Source: Fistulifera solaris (Eukaryota). Taken from it: a DNA stretch of 64,000 nt. The DNA is taken from positions 806,001 to 870,000 of the forward strand of contig AP026164.1 of assembly GCA_030295235.1 (NCBI GenBank). Reading direction: 5' to 3'. This document shows, in pieces, positions 46,686 to 58,879 of the stretch; within the stretch, counting starts at the first letter, position 1; the number at the start of each line of letters is the position of its first letter. The translations under genes and the position numbers were made by a program. The notes beneath the pieces were generated by a model. The model saw only the letters and a program-made list of their open reading frames with translations. It made no database searches and was not told the origin of the DNA.

Positions 46686-49407
46686 TCAAAGACAGAGGCG
46701 GAGACTTGCGGCGCGTTTTAGACCAATTCTTTTGAATATTGTTGGTCTTCTTTTGAAGCCAGTCACCTTTCGGCTGAGTGGCTTTGGCACGCATAATTCC
46801 AAACCCTCGATGCTTGTATCTGGATTGCGATTCTCATCGGTTTCGAGCGCCAAACTTTCCTCTGCTTCTTCGCTGTCACTTTCCGTTCCACTATCAAACC
46901 CAATGTCGTACATAGCACGGTTCGCCTCCGCCAGCGTGATTCTTTCATGTAATATATCGTCCGCTAGCTTCTGTTGCTGCTCTTTCACAAAAACAACGTG
47001 GTCCTTTTTAAAACTGACAGCAACAGCTAAAGCGTCTGCTCGAGATTCTTCATCCTGGGGATCGAAGGGGAACGTCTTCCATTGCACTCGCGACATATAA
47101 GAGAGTTGGGCTAACCAAAAATTGTTTTCCTCAACCGACCGGACACCGGGTATTGTCCCATCTGTGCGCTTTTCTTTATGGATTTTCTTGTTGTAGCTTT
47201 GGCCCAGAGCAGTTGCCGCAACAAGATTATCTTTGCTGTTATCGTCGCGTTCATTGTTTACGTGATCGACTGTCAAACCCTTGCCGTCAAGAGAAATTTG
47301 GTTATGGATTTCATAGCACAAACAACCGAAAGTGTATTTTGTGCGCAAACCATGAGCATCATCGATGTCGACCGATCGTTCCATCCATCCATTCTCATAC
47401 CATTTCTCTGTGATGCTGAGCATTTTCTTCTTTTGATCATCCCAGCAATGAGTACCGCCAGGATCCACCCAAATATGTTCCAAGTGTCTTTCCGGATGGT
47501 GATTCCACATTCCATAATCAACTTTGACGTTAGGATCAATGCTCACTTTGGAACGAAACACTGGGTACTTGATGGATGATCTGAACCATGAAATAAGAGA
47601 ACGGTGAGAGCTAATGCCAACGAATGACAGACAAACGTCGTTGCAATACGTACAGAGGGTCCAAATTTTCTGCCCGATAATTGTCTTCCCATGGAATCCA
47701 TCGGAGCACGCGAATATCGTTGTTCCATCGATGACTGTCGTGCTGACAAATGTGACCCGCAGGTCGAGGTCCACCATAGGCTGTGAGGTTGAGGTGCGCG
47801 ATCGCATAACGGCAAGACCAACCAATTTGTTCACTTCGCAATGAGGCATATCGGTAGTAACCGCCTGAACCTCGCGCTGGTGTCGATTTGCATACTTTGA
47901 ATGTCCGAACTTTGTAAAGCTCTATGAAATCAGAATATTCTCGATCGGGGTATTTCATCACATATCGAATACCTACGATTTCCGTATCTCCGTCCAAAAG
48001 TTTTCGAATCGCAATGTCTTTGCTTAAATAGCGACAATGCACCGAAATCACGCAACCAATATCGCATATTAAGTAAACCACTGGAAATACGTAGTATTCA
48101 AATCCCTGACCATTGACTGAAATGGCATAATCAACTTCAAAGATGGCTTTCTCATCCACAACAATGAACTTTTCCAAGTTGAACACTAGCTTTCGAATGT
48201 CACCGAAGTTTATAGAGTCGTCATCATGCAGTTCACGAAATTCCATGTTTTGTGCCACACGATGAAGTTCGGCTCGTTCCTTGGCATGATCTTTGTAGAA
48301 GTTGTATTGGTTCAATAACTCAAATTGGACCTCACGGCTAATGATTTTCGCACGTTCGCCCACTTTGGCCGTGCCGTTTTCGGTTCGATTGAGCAGCCGA
48401 CGCACAACAGACGCCAAGACGAACGGAGGAAAGGGCCTCCCTTCTTCGTTGCACACTTCCATCTCGGATCGCCAATCCTCAAACACTTCATCCGACGCCT
48501 CTTCAAATTCTCGCTCGAATTTGATGCCCTTCTCTTTCCAACTCTTGACATTCCTTCTCCGTAATCAACTTTCCCGAAATAGTAATCGAAAACGCTTTTC
48601 GGTTGATCCTTCATAGTTGGCTGGAACTTTTTAATGCCAACAATTATGACAGGGTCTTCGGGATTTTTGGTATGCGCAGCAACGTGCATGCCGAGATCAC
48701 CCGAACCAGTATTGACGCGAGCATTCAGGTAGTCCCCATCTCCATTCTTGTCGAAGCAGAGCTTGCAGTACCATCCAGCAAATGGATGCCACAGGATGAT
48801 CTCGCTGACATGGACCTTTACCTTTCCCAGCTTACGCGTGTCGTTCTCCTTTTCGGATCGAACAAAATCTGCTGATCCGATGATCATATGCTCAAATTCT
48901 GAAGCGTGCCGCTCCAGTCCCTTTCTTGTGAACAGGACTTCGGCTTGCTTGAAGTCACGAACGCCTTGCTGATTTCGGTAACAGATAAGGCAGAAATAGA
49001 ACTTGTCCAGCGGATGTCGGAGATATGCTTTGTGTGCTTCCAGAGGACCGCCATTCGTTTTTTTTACCCCAGCGACCGCTTTCTGGCTTCTTATTTTTGA
49101 TGATGCGGTCGTCTTCCATCAAGACTTCCACGTGTCTACGAAATGCCTCTTCGTCAAAGGGAATGTCGCTGACTTCTTGGCAGAAAGAGTGACTCGGACA
49201 GCAGTCATGACTTGTGTGGTCCCCGCCGTGACTGCAACAGCTAGCAGTAACAGTGGTGTTGTTACTCGCTTGGTTGGCGACTTTGTCAACGTTCTCTAAG
49301 GGTTGTTCGTCGGGATCCCGTGATTCGGCGGGTTTTGAATTCGATTGGTGATTCGTGCTCGTTCGACGAACACTCCGTGGCGGAGCTTTAGCATCGTTCG
49401 ATGACAT
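46686..49407 (-). CDS. Zinc finger x2 - HNH - HNH - AP2-like endonuclease-type protein (~880 aa reconstructed)
   Basis: Four overlapping ORFs joined by two 1-nt shifts (near 49060 and 48553) and a GT-AG intron at 47581-47653; HNH motifs HICQHDSHRWNNDIRVLRW and TVDHVNNERDDNSKDNL; IPGVR...WLAQL...KTF...ALAVA. Confidence 0.75.
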
Positions 49408-50793
49408 GATGAAACACTAGCGTGTGGATTGACTGAAAGGAAGAGAGAACGATTGTAGTTATCTTGTTGTTTATGTATCGAAGCATTGACATGAGGCGCG
49501 CGATTCCCTTGCCGCACAGGATACTTTTAACTCGCTTTCGCGATCACTTTGCCCCCTTCTGTAGTCAGTCTGTAGTCCTCGTTTAAAGGGTAAAGATGAA
49601 ACGGAATCGGATAAGCTTCTAATTCAATGAAATGTTGATTCGCGTTGCTTGTCAATGAGGAACAATGCATTGCTCGCTCGCTCGTCTCGTCGCTCGTTGA
49701 TTATTGCGTCGATCAATTGCGTTCACGCCGGAGTGCTTCCTTGATGATAGTGACGACTAATTACTTGTGAAAGTCCAAATTCAAGAACAACGACATTTTA
49801 TAATGCAACAAAAAATTGTAGTGTTTAAACTAGGTAAAGCGTCATCTCTTACTGCAAAGTGTGAATCGAATTTCCGCACAGAGAAATATTATAAGTTCAA
49901 AATGTTCTTTGCGCTTATGTGGAATCACGAATTCGTTGTCGAAAGGTCACAGATCGGCGCGGCGCGCGATGCACGCGGTTTCTTTTGTCGCAGCGAAAAT
50001 GTGACACTATCATATGTAGTACCCCATCTTCACTGTAAATCAAACTGTAGTAGAGCTCTTTGATTCATGACACAAATGAATTTCAGTCCCGAACGTTGGG
50101 ATGCTGATGCTTCTGTTCGCGCTAGGCACCAAAAACACCAAAGGGAATCGGACGTACTACAAGTACCTGGTACTGGTACCTACTATTGACTTGAGTTTAT
50201 TTGAATCGAAGCGGTTCTGTCGCTCGTGCGAAGTTGACGATCCGACGCAAGGAGAAAGAAAATTTCGAAGCGAAAATCGATTAGTAAGAATGAGACGATA
50301 AAGAAGCCTTTTCTTGTGGGAACGTCTGAAGCGAAGCATGATGCTTTTGACATTGTCATAGAATGGTGTCAGTATGTTTCTCGGCTTTCGGAGAGCTTTT
50401 GTCGGCGATGTTTTCTCTGAATTTTCGATCGTGGGCAAGACCTAAAAGCCGATAAATCGGCACTCTAACCCTCAAGGATCGCCAAGAAACTGCTCATGTG
50501 TAAGCCTTGTATTCATACGAAAGAGTATTGACCTGAAAAAGAGCAAAAGTAATGCGAAATTCGATTGAAAGCGCTACTTTGATGTCGATGGCGACGAAAG
50601 AAATTTATTGAGGACAAGGTTTTGTGCGAACGACGAAACGCGAAAATTTATAAAGACGCCTTTCGGCGTCTGCCCATGCTCGCTTCGCTCGCGAGCAAGC
50701 CCCAAAAGAGGAGGAGGTCGTCTAACCGGGCCTTTAACTTAACCTTATCAAAGACCTGCGCTCGACTTTAACCCGAACCCTAATCTAAAAATC

Positions 50794-50865
50794 AACTCAT
50801 CTAGGATTCGAACCTAGGTTGACGGAATCAGAACCCGTAGTGATAACCAACTACACTAATGAGTC
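50794..50865 (-). tRNA. tRNA-Gln (anticodon CTG)
   Basis: Cloverleaf: acceptor GACTCAT/ATGAGTT, D stem GTG/CAC, anticodon stem ACGGG/TCCGT with loop TTCTGAT, T arm CTAGG-TTCGAAT-CCTAG; followed by a T5 Pol III terminator. Confidence 0.95.
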
Positions 50866-51107
50866 GCGGCAGAAGAAGGGAAACGGTTGCTACAACAATT
50901 GTCTAGTTTGTCCAAGAACTGACCGGTTTTTCGTATACTTACTACAAGTACTAGTCTATGGCTTCGAGTATTGATCTAGATTCTCTGGGGAGACGCATTT
51001 CAGAATATCTGAAACTGAAACCACCAACATCAATCTCACATTCTAGTTGAAACTACTTTACGTATATTACGGTTCAACTTATTTTAAACTTCATAAACAA
51101 ACACGCT

Positions 51108-52027
51108 TTATAAAGCTCGTTGACTGGCAGTCAAGTGTATTGCATTTTGAGGCAAGATCATGTCTGCCAAGGAAATGTTCAATTCGATACTCTTTTGAAC
51201 ACTTCTTCCACCGATTCTGGTATCACTAAAGTATGCGTCAACCTTAGACACTCGATTGAATTTCGTAATCTGGCTAGTGACTTGCGTTCCTCGGGAGAGT
51301 AGGGAAGGCTCGCATGCTCGTCTCTCCGTCTTTCTTGTAATTCCGCCAAATCTTGGTTGCTATCGACCGGATTGGTTGTTGTATCTGTGGTCTGTAGCTT
51401 GCGTTGCATCCATATCATTCCATTGCATCCAAAAAGTACCTCAAACCGATCTAGGAACGAATCGAAATAGTGGTTTTTCCTGCGTGGTACTAGAGATGGC
51501 GACACCGTAATCACACACCCATTTTCAAGTTTGCCGTAGCGAAAGCTTCTAGTGTGCAAAAATACTGTCCCATCGGCCTGAACTTTGTGAACTTCGGCGG
51601 AAACAATGTCACCTTCTTCTAAGTATTGTCTCATTTCGCGGGCGTCTTGAGCTGTCCGGATACGTTGAACGCCCCCTGGTAAATGTACACCCGATAATGG
51701 CAAAGAAGCCATTTTCGCGTGGCCGATGAGCGTCACACTCCATCGAGCTCCTCCTACCGCGGCGATCCGTCCGACCACAAGGTCCCCCGTATGAGCGTCA
51801 TAAATCGAACTGCAAACACTTTCTACGGTGATCAGTTTATTGACGCGTTGAACAATACCTGTCACAGAGGCAATCAGCCTTTGTTCGGTGCGAGTCTTCT
51901 CAATGTATGTTCCATGTCCTCTCAGAAACGAATCGTCCGACTCTTCTGCACCTTCGCTTACGGAAGCGACAGCAATAACTTGCCCAGGTACAACCAACTG
52001 GTGCTTTAACCAGTCTACCTCGTTCAT
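51108..52027 (-). CDS. RRP4: Exosome complex component RRP4; frameshift near 51193
   Basis: VVPGQVI, FLRGHGTY, RVNKLITV, GDLVVGRI, LHTRSFRYGKLENG, GCNGMIW, ARLRNSI. The shifted frame ends ADMILPQNAIHLTASQRAL*. Confidence 0.93.
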
Positions 52028-52555
52028 TCTGCTGATACTGTGAATTTAATATGGATTTTTAAAGAATTATATTACAAGTACCTGGTACAATGGTCAAACA
52101 TTTTTCACAATCAAAAAATAATAATACGTAGTAATTGAAGGGGGTCGAGAAAAAGCAAAAAAAATAGGTATGGCATAACGGCTGACGGGCGGACAAGTGT
52201 CGCGGCGTTGTTCGTCGTCGTCGTCGTCGTCAACAATGGGTCATGAGTCATGAGTCATGAGTTTTTGACTGCAATACCAAAAAAACTTTCACCACCTTAG
52301 CCCATGCCGTGAAAAGGGGGAGAGTTGCACTGCTTCGAATATCTACGCCAATTTCACTTAGCCCTCGCAGGCGAATGGTCTGTTTGTCACGAATGCCGAG
52401 TGCCATCATCCATTCGAAGCACAATCGTTGGAAGAAGGATGCTGCGACGCTTTGATTGCCTACGCGTGATTCATGTAGCCGACTTCAGCTGAGTCTTACG
52501 AAACGGGAACTCCGTTTACAGCTTACAACAAGATAGATTATTGTGACTATAACTG

Positions 52556-55500
52556 TCAAATCGAAGTCCACGTATTGGGAACCGTCATGAAATACCTCTC
52601 CATCGCATTGGTAAAGCGCGCCTTGTACAAAGGTGGCTGAATGATCGTCGGTGCTTCGCTGCCCACTACCATCGGCAAGGACTTGCCCACCCTTTCCATC
52701 TGCTTCAAAATGTCGTATTGTCTCATGAAATCAATGATACCCACAACTAGTTCGTTGCTGTCTTCGTCAACTCCGACGAGAATAGAATAGTCCAGCACGT
52801 TAATGATGGATAAGAATAGTGTATCGTTCAAAATACTCATTTGGAAAAGAGCTTTCGCACGATCCGTTAAAGGAAGAGGTCGACCGCGTGTAAATTCTAG
52901 AAAATCTCCATCCAGCAAGGTTACTGGACCATCTCGCTTAACGGCAGATATATGGGTCGGCTCGTTGCCATCCAAAATAGAGTTGTTGTCGGAGTCCGTG
53001 ACATTGGCGCTCTTTGCTTTCGCGTTGATGTCCTCTTGTGATTCATCTTTGCGCTGCGCAGCGAAACGACCTCGCAAGCTACCTTTCAGATCGAAAATTT
53101 TATTGATATTCTTGTTGTAGAATATATTTTGCATTACTGCGACTTGTTCCATCGTTCGTTTGCCAGTTACACGGTTGTGGATGCCAATTTGGTAAACTCC
53201 GACAATTTTGCATAGCACAGTAGGACTGTCAAAAAAGAAAAAGGTAAGATGCGTGTAGCACTTCTAATTCTTCTTTGCAAGCAACTTACAGTCCGTGAAA
53301 GAAAGCCTTGCTCAAGTACTCCAAAATAAGCACTTGAACATTCCAGGAACATTTGCAGTTCTGTGCGACTGATGTTTTTCATAACAAACCTGTCATCGTT
53401 CGTCCTTGCAAACGATGCTCCACTCTTTCCTCCAGAAGCAGCCCAGGAATATGCGGAGGACAAACTTTCCATGTAAGACCGCTCTATATCTTCTTTATCT
53501 CCATCATCCCCGTTTCTAGAGAGGAACACCTCTCGAACGGCATGAAACTGCGTTGCCCAATATGATGTACAAACAAATTTGCAAGTTACTCGACCCTTTT
53601 CATCGTAGTCGCGGAACGTGATCTTAATGTGAGATTTTTTACGATTCAACATTTTTCGCTCAATCGTACGAGTTGATTCATTCAGTATCGATGATCGGGT
53701 GGTAGACGGAAGAGTTCCTTCTAATGATGGAGCTCCGGATTGGTCATTTTGTTGCTGTTTATGCGCTTGTGATGCGTGCATATCGTCCGCGTCTCCTTCG
53801 AACTTTGAAAAGTGCTTGAACTGTTTCGCGTATTCGGAAGACAAGAGTGAGTAGGCAATTATCGTACTAAGCTGTTCGTCGATGACCGGAACAATTATTC
53901 CGTTCACACCCGGCGCTAATCTGGGTCTGCCTTCGCTAAAGATGCCAAGATCGACTCGATATGATTCATATTCCCGTCCCCCACGATTAAAAAAAGCGCG
54001 TTATCGCTGATTTCACGGCACCACCGGGAGTTGATTTGGGTGGTATATTCGTTTCCAAAGAGTTAGCAAAATCGTCGCCTTGTCGTCGAGTCCCCAATGT
54101 TTTTTTCGGTGCTGGTTTACTGTTGCTGCGACCGCCCTCAATCGTACTTTGAACTGACCCTTTTGCTGTTTTCTGCAGTCGACGACGTGACGCCAAGACA
54201 TCAGCGTCGACGCCAACCGTAAAGTCGATAGAAGTGTCAGGCTGATCGTCAAATTCATCGTCGTCATCAAAAACGTTGGGATTGGGAATATTCGGAAGTA
54301 TCTGATTCATGTCGATGACGTCGTAGCGGGCGTATTGCTCATTAAGTTCCTTTAACCGTCTCATACCCTCTAAAAGTTCCTCCTGTAAGGGATCGCCAGG
54401 ATTGGTTCCGACTACTCCAGCTAGTTTTTTCATCGCTGATATTGCTTGGCCTGTGGCTGTCAGCTTTTCGTTCCATGCAGACATAACCATGAATAGATAT
54501 CGTTTGGCAAGACCAGGAAATCTTAGAACGGTCTGCAGTTCATCGCTTTGGCGACAGCTATCAGATACCGATGCAATCTTCTCTTGCAATGTTTTTGCCG
54601 CTAAATCCACTTCAGATCCAATCCGATTCAGCTCGGACAAAACAGTCTGTAAATGTTCCGGGCGGTTGTTGGCCGAATGGAAAAGTGACCTTGCTTCCCG
54701 CGATACTTTTTTCGATGTGCTTGTCGAATTTGACGAACAATTCCGACGACGCCATGGAGATAACGTCCAAACGGCGCATCGCCTCTTGGCGGTGCCATTC
54801 CAAAACAATAGGCAAAGTTTTGCGTACAAATACTCCGTAAGGCTTCACCGGTTCATAGGTGAAACGAGCAGCCAACGAATCGCAACCATAGTATAATACG
54901 GAAGACTGCAAAGGACACCCGCACTCCCGTAGTACACCGTCTCGATTATAGAAAAAGACTTCAAGAAACTTTCCGAATGACCATTTCCAAGTTTGCTCAC
55001 TAATGAAGACAGGGGCTGTGGCATTCTTTCGACAGTTCTTACAATAAGTCCAAGTTACAATTGGTTTGTCCGCTTCATCGTCAACTTCGTCAACAGTCAC
55101 ATCCTCCCTGTCGTCGCGATCGATTTCCCCTGGAAACGGAGTATCCAGTTCTTCCACCTATTTTGAAACTCAAGTAAGATTACTACTCAATTGTATCATG
55201 GGAACGAATTCGTCCTTACCGTTATGTTTATCAATCCATCATGGTGGACAAATGCCAGTGAGTGGTCAAGAACACTCTTCTTGCAACTGGGGTTCTGACA
55301 TTTTAATGACAAATTGAAACAAGAATCCCGCAAAAATTGACCCAGTGCAACATCCTGCAAAGAGTAATAGCATATACCTTTTACTTCAGCGGGGCAACAT
55401 TGTGACTTTTCAGCCATCCACACTGACGTTATTAGAATGGACTGATGATCCATGGCTGTGATTTCGCCTTGCTCAGTTTGATTAACATTATTATCGCCAT

Positions 55501-57286
55501 TCCAGGGCCGTACTTTTCGTCCAGATGGGGGCAAACCAAAATCGACAGCTAGCGATGATGATTTTACATGGGCATTGCTGACTGAGAAAGTCGGTTTCAG
55601 TAAAGCACCTCTTTCTTTGAGAAAAGCAGTTTCGAGTCGTAAATTGTATGCCACATGCACCACGAACCGCAAAACAGTTTTCACTTCCGCCAAAAAGTCC
55701 TTGGTTCCTCCTCTCAAAACGATGGTACACCCTAGATTTTTTGGACACCCTTCCAGCATCACGAAAGTGTTCGCTACACCACGTTTCGCTAAACCAGTTT
55801 TTACTGCCAAAGCACCATCCCAAACCTTTTCACCGAGTTGTTGCGCGCAGAGTGCGGCTTCACGTTCCATTGAGTTGCGCGGTTCTGTGTTAGGAACGTA
55901 TACTTCGTTGTCGCGAAAGGTGACCAGTCGAAAGCGTTCGCAGTAACCCAAGACTGCCGTACCAGAATGATTTAATACTTGCTCTGTGCTGGAGATTATG
56001 GCGGCACCTGTTTGGCGTGCAATGCGACTCAATAGCGATGCTTTGACGTGCTGGATAAGGATGATTTCTGCTCGTAATAGCATTTCCTGCGCCTTTCTGC
56101 TAGCAGATTTCCCAAGGATGACAATGTCTGGTTTGAGTTTGGTAATTTTGTTGATCAGAATTTCCAAGTATTTTGTCTCCTGTTCAAAGAGAGTATCCAA
56201 AGAAGCGAAATGGCCTTCGGCACGACCATGAAATTCCAGACTTCCGGCTACAAGTAATATTTTTGGTTTTATCACGAATTTGGCCATTCGTTTGTGTGTC
56301 ACTGTTTTGCGAAACACGATACCCGAAAGATATGCGCAATCCGAATAAGAACCACCAGCAATACGTTTGATTTTAACATACGGTCGAATGTCTAGCAAAT
56401 CACCTCGTCTCACGTTGGGCTCGACGGTCGCGCAGCATCGTGTGGCCAGTGTCAGCAACTGATGAATCCATCGTTTCCTGTTTGATTCCGGTAAATTCCA
56501 TATTCCAGCGGCATGTACACGTATGATTTCGGTTGCCATGGATTCTAGATGTTGCGCCGCTGCCTGTCCCACCGATCTGTTCGCGGACAAGGATTGCAGA
56601 GGCGGCGGTTCCGCCACTGGGGTCGTTTCTGCGACGTCATTGTTTCCTTTGATCTTGGTATCGTTCTCCTTCTCGCCGTCTTGAACCGACTGGTCTCGAC
56701 ACAGTTGACAGACTCGTTGTGTTGAATTCTTATGAGGAACAAAGTACGCGCTGCATGTGTTGCAGAACACTTGGCTGCACCGGGGACAAAGGTGTCTCCT
56801 TCGAAAAACAGTGAACGGCGTATCACAAGCAAAACAATTCTGCGACAGTTGTTCTGGTATCCAGTGTTTTTGATCTGTGTTCATTTTACCCGGACTCTCT
56901 GAGCTATTGAGTTGTTGTGGTTGCTCGGAAGTGTCTGGAGATTGTAGTATCGTCTCTGTATGCCAAAGAAATTCTTCCCATTCCTCCGTTTTCCTTTTTT
57001 CGGGTTGCTGTTTTCTCGGGTGAGTTGTCGCGACATTTTCGCTGTTACTTTCATCCTCCTCCTCTTCTTCACCAAGTCCAACGCCTAATTGAAGCCATTC
57101 TTGCGCTGTCGGTACTCGATTCTCGGGAAATTTGGTAACATTGACACCACTACCGTAAACGGGGAACTGCGTCAACTCATCTTCGGCCTCACCGTCGCGT
57201 GAATTCACGTCAATAAGAGCATGCTCATCCTTCTTATGGGCACTCGAGGTAGTCGTCCACGAAGGCGTCCACCAAAGACTATTCAT
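52556..57286 (-). CDS. FAB1: 1-phosphatidylinositol-3-phosphate 5-kinase FAB1/PIKfyve
   Basis: FYVE (WIPEQ..CFAC..FRRRHLC), CCT-like (DIRPYVKIKRI, GCTIVLRG), SFGKFLE, kinase GGKSGASF, FDLKGS, LDYSILVG, GIIDFMRQY; introns ~55160-55218 and ~53228-53289; several 1-nt shifts. Confidence 0.94.
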
Positions 57287-57419
57287 GGTCAATTTGAAGT
57301 CAAATGAATATTTGCATTCCTTGTTGTTGGAAACAAAATGCTTGTTATAGCTTTCTTTTATTTTACCCACAGCACTACCTATTTTTTTGTCCTCGGCGAC
57401 ACTCCCACTCGCAAGGAGG

Positions 57420-57851
57420 TTCATGACTGAAATGCAGTCGTGTTGAAACGTCGCAGACACTTGAGTCTATAGTGATTTGGAACAACGAAATTCCACAAGT
57501 ATTTTCTTCGCAAATACCTAGACCTGCATTACAACTGCTGCTGATGTTTATCGCATCGTGATCAGGACAAGTACTGCTAATCAATCTTGTAAAGGAACGA
57601 AGATTGAATAGATATCGGGCTCGGAAACATCATGATTCATGACTGAAATGCAGTCGTGTTGAAACGTCGCAGACACTTGAGTCTATAGTGATTTGGAACC
57701 ACGAAATTCCACAAGTATTTTCTTCGTAAATACCTAGACCTGCATTACAACTGCTGCTGATATTTATCGCATCGTGATCAGGACAAGTACTGCTAATCAA
57801 TCTTGTAAAGGAACGAAGATTGAATAGATATCGGGCTCGGAAACATCATGA
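57420..57851 (+). repeat. Tandem duplication of a 216-bp unit
   Basis: 57420-57635 versus 57636-57851, with three substitutions seen; the unit begins and ends in TCATGA. Confidence 0.92.
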
Positions 57852-57907
57852 TGAGTAGTCGCGAGATAATAAACTGACCCGCGATGCGACACTGAATGGG
57901 TCTCAGT

Positions 57908-58317
57908 TCATGACTGACACGCAGTCGTGGTGAAAAACGGTCAACACTTTGGATCTATATTAAATACGGAAGACAAGAAATCCCAAAGCTTTTCGACGTC
58001 TCTGGCGGTGATATTCCCCATGTCTATAAGCAGGGCGTGATTTACAAAAGTAATGATCAACGGAGGGCAAGAATGGCAATTGAGTTGACGGAACACACTT
58101 CAATCAACAGGTCCTCCTTTGTCATTGGACCGTCAAAGGAAACTAATTTAGAAAATACTCATGCGAAATCTCTGCCAGCATAGCCATTGGAGTTACCTGT
58201 TCGCGTTCGACGAAAGGGACTTAAAAAGTGCATGCTTCGTTATTTTTGCAGGCTTTTTGATAAGTCGTCCAAAAAAATGTTGATCAAATTTTGGTCATGA
58301 CTCGATTTCAGTCATGA
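57908..58317. mobile_element. Putative ~410-bp MITE-like element with imperfect terminal inverted repeats
   Basis: Left end tcatgactgacacgcagtcgtggtgaaaaacggtcaacacttt versus reverse complement of the right end tcatgactgaaatcgagtcatgaccaaaatttgatcaacatttt; non-coding interior. Confidence 0.55.
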
Positions 58318-58879
58318 GGCGCAATCGGTTTATTGCTCTTGTTGTAACTTGTAACCACAAGAGTTCGATTGTCGTGTAAGCGCCGATGAGGCGACTAATA
58401 CTACAACAAGCAACTACAAGTGAAGACTTAACACCCAAGTAAATCTAAACAATCCAGAAAGAATGATCGGATGGCACCGATTCTTTTCCGTTTGGTTCTT
58501 ACGATATCGTTTTTCCAGAAGCGACTCTTCAGTCACGACTGGCTCATTCCACGTGACTCGTTTCTCTCTGTCTTTAATGCGCTCCGAACTGTTCTTCCCA
58601 ACCCCTGCCCCTACGCCTACCGGTACGCTGAGTTCCAACAGCTCTCCGCTGGCTCATCGCATTCCTTTTATTTCTTTTTCGGAACGGAATCTGACGATGC
58701 GAGAACGCAAGCGTAGCAAGGTGTACAGTGCATGGGGCAATCGAACTACTCGTAAGGTGTAAATGATTCACTGCGCTTGGCTGTAACAACAGAGTGTTCC
58801 GGCCGATTTCAAACCGCACCTTTAAGACTGAAAAAGTCGGTCACTCGGCTTTTTTCTTGAATACACATATCTGTGTCTC

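Noticed and set aside
46686..49407. IscB/Cas9/Fanzor-type RNA-guided nuclease
   Set aside because: I see no RuvC motifs, bridge helix or guide array. The HNH context matches homing-endonuclease types.
57287..57460. N-terminal extension of FAB1 in the ORF track
   Set aside because: It begins inside the duplicated repeat; Met at 57286 is the more plausible start.
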